DNA of 64,000 nucleotides from Hyaloraphidium curvatum SAG 235-1 (Eukaryota; Fungi; Monoblepharomycota): NCBI GenBank assembly GCA_025558095.1, contig JAIVFI010000026.1, positions 434,001 to 498,000 of the forward strand, read 5' to 3'. Shown piece by piece: positions 57,334 to 64,000 of this stretch (position 1 is its first letter; each line of letters starts with the position of its first letter). The notes under the pieces were generated by a model. It saw only the letters and a program-made list of their open reading frames with translations, ran no database searches and was not told where the DNA came from. The position numbers and the translations under genes were made by a program.

Positions 57334-58194
57334 TGTGCGCGACGCCGCGACAGTCGTGATCACCGCGAAGTCCTTCCAAGACCCATCGACACTCCACGCT
57401 CTTCCAACCCCCGTCCAGGCAGCGCGCCGGCCCGGGACACGATGCCACGCGCCATGCCCGCGGTGTCCCGCCCGGCGCCGCCGGCGCGCGCCCGGATGCG
57501 CTGCGGCCGGGGCCGCCCGAGTCGGTCCCTCCCGTTTTCGGCCGCCCGCGCGCATCCGTGCATCCACGGGCCGGGTGGAAGGGGCGGTTCGGGGAGGGGA
57601 TCATGAGGTGGGATTCCGTGGTTTTGCGGGGAGCGACGAAGGCAGGCGGCCGCCCGACGGCGCCGTGGCCCGGGTGTGTTGCCGAGGAGGTGGGTCCGAC
57701 TCCGCCCGCGCGCGTCGGCTTCCCCGCACCGCTGACGGTGCGTCCGTAGGGACCACGGAGAGCGGAGTTTTGTGGTCCCGCGGCGCAGATTGCGGCTGCC
57801 CATGAGCCCACCGCACCGGCCCGATGGGAACGGCGCCACCGCGCATGCCCGACGTCCCCGGCGACCGAGCTTGCGCGGCGGAGTTGCGTCGGAGGACGGG
57901 AACGAGGCACCGCTGCCACTGTTCTCCTTCCGCCTGCCCTCCGCCGCCATCGAGCGCGTGCCGCCGATCGCGCTGACGCGGCAAGGCGCGGCGCGATGCG
58001 CAGCTTCTTCCCCTTCACTGCGGCCGCGCTTCGACACCTCCAGCAGCACGAGCTCGAGCTGTGGCAGCGCCTGGTTTTGGCGGTGCTCCAGCCCGATCCC
58101 CCGACCCTCTTTTTGTGCTTTGGCGCGGTGCGGGCTGTTTGGAGTCGTGCGGAGCGGCGCGCCGTGCGCACCGGCTCGCCCACAACCTCGTTTC
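57334..58194 (-). repeat. About 860-bp repeat, copy B (inverted relative to 51798-52664)
   Basis: Reverse complement aligns with copy A, with scattered substitutions and indels. Confidence 0.9.
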
Positions 58195-58366
58195 CACTCG
58201 ACCGCGGATCCACCGCGAGTCGGACCCGAACCCCCCGCGGCTCCCGTCGGAGAAGGAAGCGCCGGCCGCGCTCGGCGCGCACCTCGGCCGCCGCGGAGCC
58301 CCGCGCGCGCAGTCGGCCGGGGCGAGCCCCGGGACGGCCGCCCCCCTCCCCTTTCTCCCCGTCGCA

Positions 58367-61300
58367 ATGGCGCCCAAAAAGTCCAAACAGCCGGCCATTC
58401 CACCATGGCAGAAGCCAGTCACCGATTTCTTCAAGGTTGGGTCAACCGCTGTCTTGCTGGTCTGGCCGAGTTCTCACGCACTCCGACCAGACGCCTGCCC
58501 AGTCAACGCCCTCCCCGACCACGGCGCCGCCCGCCTCGGCCCCCGCGCCGCCCGCGCCATCAACCGCGCCGCCCGCCTCCGCACCCGTGCCACCCACCTC
58601 CGCGCCCAACGGCCCCTCCGCGCCCGTCCCCCCGCTGCCCCCGACCTCTGCGCCCCCGGCTGTGGACAACGACCTGGAGGCGCTCGATGTCGCCATTGAG
58701 AAGGTCATGAAGGAGATCGGCGGTGAGGGCTCGGCTGCCAGCACCTTGTGCCCGTTCTGACTCCTTGCGAAAAAGCCGCCGCCGACGAGGAGGACGTGGA
58801 CGAGCAGGTGCTGCTTGATCATGATGCGGAGAAGGTTTCCGACGAGACCCTGCGCCGTATGTACCGGCTTCGTGGCACCTTCCGTTCGCGTATTTTACTT
58901 CCTTGTCTGGCAGGGATTGAGGACGAGTTGAACCGTGCCGCGCCTCACGTTTACAAGCTCCGCCCGTGCAACAAGGCCGCCGAGGCTGTGTCCGAGGCGG
59001 ACAGGGAAGCCCTTTTGCCCAGAGCCACACACTTCGCCAACACACATCGCGCTGAAGACGACCCGGAGTTGGCAAGGCGGGCAGCAGTCCTCGGTGCCGC
59101 GGTCGTGAGCTTTGCTTCCAGTAGCTGCTCCGTCGCTTCCTGACGAGGTCACCCAACAGCCGGCGATCGAGGCCAAGCTCAAGGACCTCAAAGTGCCGGT
59201 TCTCAGCGGCCTGGACTATCGCGCTGCGCCTTTTGGGGGTTCACTGGCGTCGAACGAGCTCTGGCTATACGCGTTCCCCAGAGCTGACGACGTTCGCCAT
59301 GGTCAGGTAGGTTTCCGCTTTGGTGTGAGCTATCGTGCTCAAGCTCACGACATCGCAGAGGCAATGTCTCCAGCGTCCGCAGAGCGCTACGGTTCAGGGC
59401 ATAAACTCGTCTCTCGGGTACCGGGGGAAGAACACAGGTTCCGTAAGTCAAGGGACACGCACCGCGAATCCTCCTTTGTTCACCCTTCCGTTGTAGATCA
59501 TGGCTGCGGACCTTTGGTGTACGGTAATTGGTACCTGGGAAAAGAACAAGGACGGCAAGCTTGTGTTCAAGGACGGGGAATTGAAGTACGCCTTTCCAGG
59601 AGATGTTGGTCGGCGCGTCAAGGACGAGCTCCCCGAGCTCACCTACAAGCTTGTATTCGACCTGGATCCCTCCCTATTTGTCTCCGCGCACGACTGGATG
59701 GCCGAGGATCTGGTCAAGAGGCACTACCAGGGCCGGCCGCTCTTCGAGATCACCACGAACGGCAGAGCCGTAACGGGCCCAAACGGCAAGCCCCTCCTGT
59801 GACTTCGTCCCGCATGATCACGCCTCTTCACTGCTAACTGCCTCTTTCGCAGCTTCGTACAGAAGCGGCTCCGTGACGTGGACTCTGGCCTCATCCTGGG
59901 CTCAACGCCGACGCACATCGCTCAACAGTCCTCTCCGAACCTCCCGGGCCACCTCCGAGGCCTCTCCGCCGCTGCTCAGGACGCGTTCGCCCAGTACGTT
60001 CCGTTTCGCGCCTCGTTATTTGTGACCTGATGGATTTCCTCCCCAGCGACCTCACCAATGTGCTGTACAGTCGACCTCCCGAAACGCCAAACGTACTGAA
60101 CTTCAACCAGGTTCGTCTCCGACATTCATGGCGTCGCTCCGTCATCTATGGCGTCGCTCCGTCATCTAACGGTGTCGTCTTCGCGTGCAGGCCATGATCA
60201 ACCGCGCTGCGGGCATCGACATGGCGGGCTACACCGAGGCAACCGCGCAGCTGGGGGTGCACGAGGTCACCAAGCTCCTGCTCCAGGTCTCCGTGGTGCC
60301 CGCCAAGAACGGCGTTGAGACCGCAGCGGCCATTCTTCGGAAGCTGGGGCAGGTGGAGCCGGAGCGAGTGCTCAGGGAACACTGGGACGCGTCTGCTCCC
60401 GGAAAGCAGCTCTTCTCCTGGTTCAAGGGGAAGCTGAACTACGAGGAGAGGAAGACCATCTTTGGCGCCGTAAGTTGGACTCAGGATTTCAGTTCTTTCC
60501 GCTCATCATCGCGCAGGACCAAGACAACGGGGCCGTTGGTGGTCGCTCGACGCGGGACAATGTGTCGGGAATCTTTGCAGCGGTAATCCCGAGCAGGAAC
60601 CTCGCTCGTACACATGCTCACGCAACGGTCCACCTAGACCAACAAAGCCAAGGTCGATGCGGGGCGCGCAAGGGGCGGCAAGGACAAGGGTGAGGATTTC
60701 GGTGCCGATTGCTGAGCAGTTTTGACTGGCACTGGTGCACAGCCTTCGCGGAGGAGCGCTACAAGACGGACATGTTCAGCTCGGATCGCAAGACTCGGAA
60801 TCGCCTTTCTATTATCGACTGCCATCATTGTGACAAAATCCACGTCACCCATTTCAGGCTCAACACCCTTGACAAAAGTGGACGTTGCGTCGCACGGTGC
60901 GTCCCGGCCTACAGTGTGTCACGCCGGCCCATAGTAAGGCTTCGTTCTCCATGCTCAGCTCGGCGCACTGCTGCGAGGAGCTCCGCCTGATCTTCGAGCT
61001 TATGATGGCGGACGAGGGAAAGGAAGGCAACGACGCCAAGGTCGACCGACAGGGCATCTACATCACCTTGATGAAGATCAATCCGGATGACGGCACCCTG
61101 GCGCCCGAAACGGAAGGGAACCGGCACGGCCGCCTGGTGCGCAGCGTCGACAAGTTCCGCCACATTTGCATCCCGAACGGCAAAGGCCAGCGGCACTGCA
61201 ACCTGCATCTTGAGGGCGAGGGCTGCTACACGGTCTACTGTGACCTCACGGGTGGGTCCAGCGGACGCCAGAGAGGACGATGCTGATCTTCCTGCCTCCG

Positions 61301-61689
61301 CAGGGGAAACCAACGGGCACATCGAAGCGTTCCTCGACGATCTTGAGACCCGGAGGCCGAAGCTGTCCGCGGCCTTGAGCAAACTCCAGCGGCTTCTGGC
61401 CCAGCGCGACGAGGCTACCGCTGCCGGGCAGGGCGACGGCGTTGCTGCGGGGCTCGCGGGAGGGGAGGGCGGCGGGCAGGCGGGCGCGGCGAGCGGCGCT
61501 GGCGCGGAGCAGGACAACATGGAGCTGGGAGGCGGCGACTTCAGCCTCGCCCCGCCCCCGCCGCAGGGCGCTGGAGGGCCGATCGTCCTCGACGACGACG
61601 AGGAGGAGGAGGAGGAGGAGGAGGAGGACATCCACTGGGGGCGGCGGATCGCGAAGAGGCGTCGGCCGCTGGATTCGGACGACGAGTGA
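58367..61689 (+). CDS. Intron-rich orphan gene (12 or more introns): Pro-rich N-terminus, Cys/His clusters, acidic and basic C-terminus
   Basis: MAPKKSKQ start; chain of coding-biased exons with GT..AG boundaries; CHHCDKIH, HICIP..HCNL; EEEEEEEEED..KRRRP. Confidence 0.6.
60128..60167. repeat. 20-bp tandem duplication inside an intron
   Basis: ATGGCGTCGCTCCGTCATCT x2; the second copy runs into a CTAAC branch point. Confidence 0.9.
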
Positions 61690-62767
61690 AGTAGGTTCCG
61701 TGGTGCGTCGCTGCCATCGACCATGTCTAAACCAGGCGCTAGAAGACGATACCCAATGACAAGATTCTGATACCAGCGATGTAATGGCTACGATGCTACG
61801 CGGGTAGATATCTACCCAGCGGTCCAAGGATGCTAATACCAGTAGTCATCCAGTGATCGGCCAACCCCTCGTACTCGGCTACCTTTCTGAAGACGTTCAA
61901 GCGCGAGTCACCATGCTCCGCCTCCACCAAATGAGCTAGGCGGGTGTTTTCGTTGTGGAGGAGGGGATTTGAGGTGCATTTCATGGTAATTGGGGGCAGT
62001 TCCGCCCGGTCCCCTGGCCGTGGGCATCCCGGGCAAAGAGGTGAAATGAACCACCTCCCTTGCTCGTTTTCACAGATTGATTTGCCTCGCTGGATATTGC
62101 TTCGTACCTTGTCCGGGCGGGCATCTTTGAACAGGCGGGGTGCGCCGGGCCTGGGCAGGCGGTGCTTACGCCCGGAGACCGTGGACGACGGCATCGAGTG
62201 AACGAGATCTCCTAACCTAACCCTCTTTCTTTAGCAAATGATCGAGCACAAAGCAAGATCCAGGACATTATAGCGTTGGGCAGCTCATTCTCGCCCGACG
62301 GGGGAAAGTGCGCCGTCACTGCCAGCCGCCGCGGCCGGCCAGCCGGCCGGGACGGACATGGGGGATTCGGCATCATATCATCGCAATAGAATCAATTTTC
62401 TTTATTTCTCGTCAGTTCCAGGTGGAGCCCGCCTCATCTAGCTATACTAGCTCGGCTGCCGTGATCGAACGCGGTGGGGGTAAACAAACGACGCGCTGCC
62501 GCGCGATCGGCCCGTCCTGCGTTCATCGGGGGGGACCCAGGCCCAGAAACCCGTCCTCCACGGTCGGGAGCCACCCATTGGTCGGTTGGGGGCGTGGCTT
62601 GGGCAGACGCCGTCGTGCCGCGGAGAACGGGCCTCGACGCCGGACCACGGGCCCTGGACGCGTTCCTCCGGCCTCTTCCACCCTCCCCGCCCCGGACCAC
62701 GCGTTTCCCCCCTTCCTCCCAACCCTCTCCCTCCCTTTTCAACCCCATGCACGCCCCCACGACACCG

Positions 62768-63647
62768 ATGGACCCCACCCCACCCCCGCAACCCGCCGCC
62801 GACTTCCCCCACCAGGTCGCCGGCCACTCCGGCATCCTCCTCCTCCCCGACGGCACCCTCCTCAAGCCCTCCACCGGCACCGAGGCCGCGTTCTACGAGG
62901 AATCGCGGTCCCACGGGGGGCTGGCGTCCTTGATGCCCGCGTACCACGGCACCGTCGTGCGGCCTTCCGACGGACCCGGGGGCGGGGACAAGGTGTACGT
63001 GAGGATGGACAACGCGCTGGCCCGCTTCAGGCGACCGTGCGTGCTGGATGTCAAGCTGGGGACGGTGCTGTACGACGCGTCGGCGGGGGAGGAGAAGAGG
63101 GAAAAGATGAGGAGGCAGGCGGCCGAGACGACTTCGCTCGCGACGGGGGTGAGGGTGTGCGGGATGAAGGTGGGCCCTGTTGGGGTGGAGATGCGCGACG
63201 GGGAGAGGCTGATTACCCCATCCCGGTCAGGTCTGGGACCCGGAGGCCGGGGAGGACGTGGCGGCCGAGCGGGACTGGTGCCGCAAGCTGACCCCCGAGC
63301 AGCTCCCGGGGGTGCTGCGGTCCTTCTTCTGCCTGCCGCGCTCGGGGGCCTTTGCCTACCGGCACCTGATCCCCGCCGTGGTTGCGCGGCTGAAAGAGGT
63401 CGAGAAGGCGTTCGAGGGGGACAGGGCGAGCCTGATCGCGAGCTCGGTGTTGGTCGCCTACGAGGGCGATCCCGGCGGGGCTGGGACACCCGGAGCCGCA
63501 CGGCCGGGAGAGGACGTCGAGGTGAAGTTGATCGACTTTGCGCACAGCAGGTTCCTGCGGCCGGACGAGGTGGCGGCGGACGAGGGGTACCTGTTCGGGC
63601 TGCGGACGCTGATCGGGATGCTGGAGGCGGCCTACGCCGGGCGTTGA
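62768..63647 (+). CDS. IPK2: Inositol polyphosphate multikinase (Ipk2/Arg82-like), one intron
   Basis: HQVAGH, PCVLDVKLG (PxxxDxKxG), TTS..GVRVCGMK, SSVLVAYEG, IDFAH. Confidence 0.9.
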
Positions 63648-63870
63648 TCCATTCATCTGATTATCTGCCTCGATTGCTTGGCGGCTGCCCGATTTCCCAT
63701 CTCCGTTCGGCGTGGGCCCGGTGTCCGTGTGCAGGCGCTCAGACTGGCGCGCGTGAGCGCCGCCCTTCCCCGCACACCCTGCCATCTTTCCCCCGCCGGC
63801 CCACCGGCCCATGCCGACCTAGCCCCGCCGCGCCACCGCGCTTAGCCTAGGCGGGCACGCCGCAGCCGCC

Positions 63871-64000
63871 ATGGGGCAGACGCTCTCGTGGGTGGCGGCG
63901 CGCGGGGAGCGGGCGCGGGCTGACCCCCCGCAGCGAGCCCGTGACGGAGAAGCACTCCGAGTCGGGCGGCGACAAGTTCCTCATGTTCGGCGCGTCGGCC
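63871..64000 (+). CDS. PTC2: PP2C phosphatase Ptc2/Ptc3, 5' portion only (runs off the window)
   Basis: Spliced MGQTLS|EPVTEKHSESGGD..FGASA, the conserved N-terminus of Ptc2/3. Confidence 0.85.
   Translation, partial: MGQTLSWVAARGERARADPPQRARDGEALRVGRRQVPHVRRVG

Noticed and set aside
62211-62224. CCTAACCTAACCCT telomere-like sequence
   Set aside because: Only two imperfect units; likely chance.
1-64000. Hundreds of long overlapping Arg/Pro/Gly-rich ORFs in the track
   Set aside because: They are shadow or antisense frames expected at high GC; the real genes are spliced and carry recognisable motifs.
1-64000. Prokaryotic origin, operons or CRISPR arrays
   Set aside because: Spliceosomal introns and eukaryote-specific genes occur throughout, and no repeat-spacer array was seen.

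Overview
This is gene-dense, high-GC eukaryotic DNA with short (about 50-70 nt) GT-AG introns. The gene content looks like an early-diverging fungus (chytrid/monoblepharid-like); that assignment is inference. Positions 1-51 kb hold about 27 genes. Housekeeping types include an RluA-type pseudouridine synthase, three Ser/Thr kinases, an SDR, RlmN, a DHCR24-like oxidoreductase, a CoA-transferase III, a SYLF protein, an F-box protein, HTD2 and an S28 peptidase. Secreted or accessory types include CAP, fasciclin, GPI orphan, MYND, BTB and 7TM-like genes. Positions 51.7-62 kb are repeat-rich: one intact and one broken tRNA-Lys(CTT), an RLE-type retrotransposon remnant, about 860-bp inverted repeats, decayed ORFs and an intron-rich orphan gene. 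IPK and PP2C genes close the window. The most notable items are: (1) a secreted SUEL-lectin fused to a long helical toxin-like body recalling fern PtIP-83/IPD083 insecticidal proteins, in tandem with a secreted intronless nitrilase-fold enzyme; (2) a proteobacterial-type P450 that has gained a membrane anchor and two introns; (3) a 58-aa CaaX micropeptide hidden by a 592-nt intron; (4) a tRNA-Lys apparently split in its D-arm, with a matching 5' end about 8.8 kb away. All family assignments come from motif recognition by eye; no searches were run.
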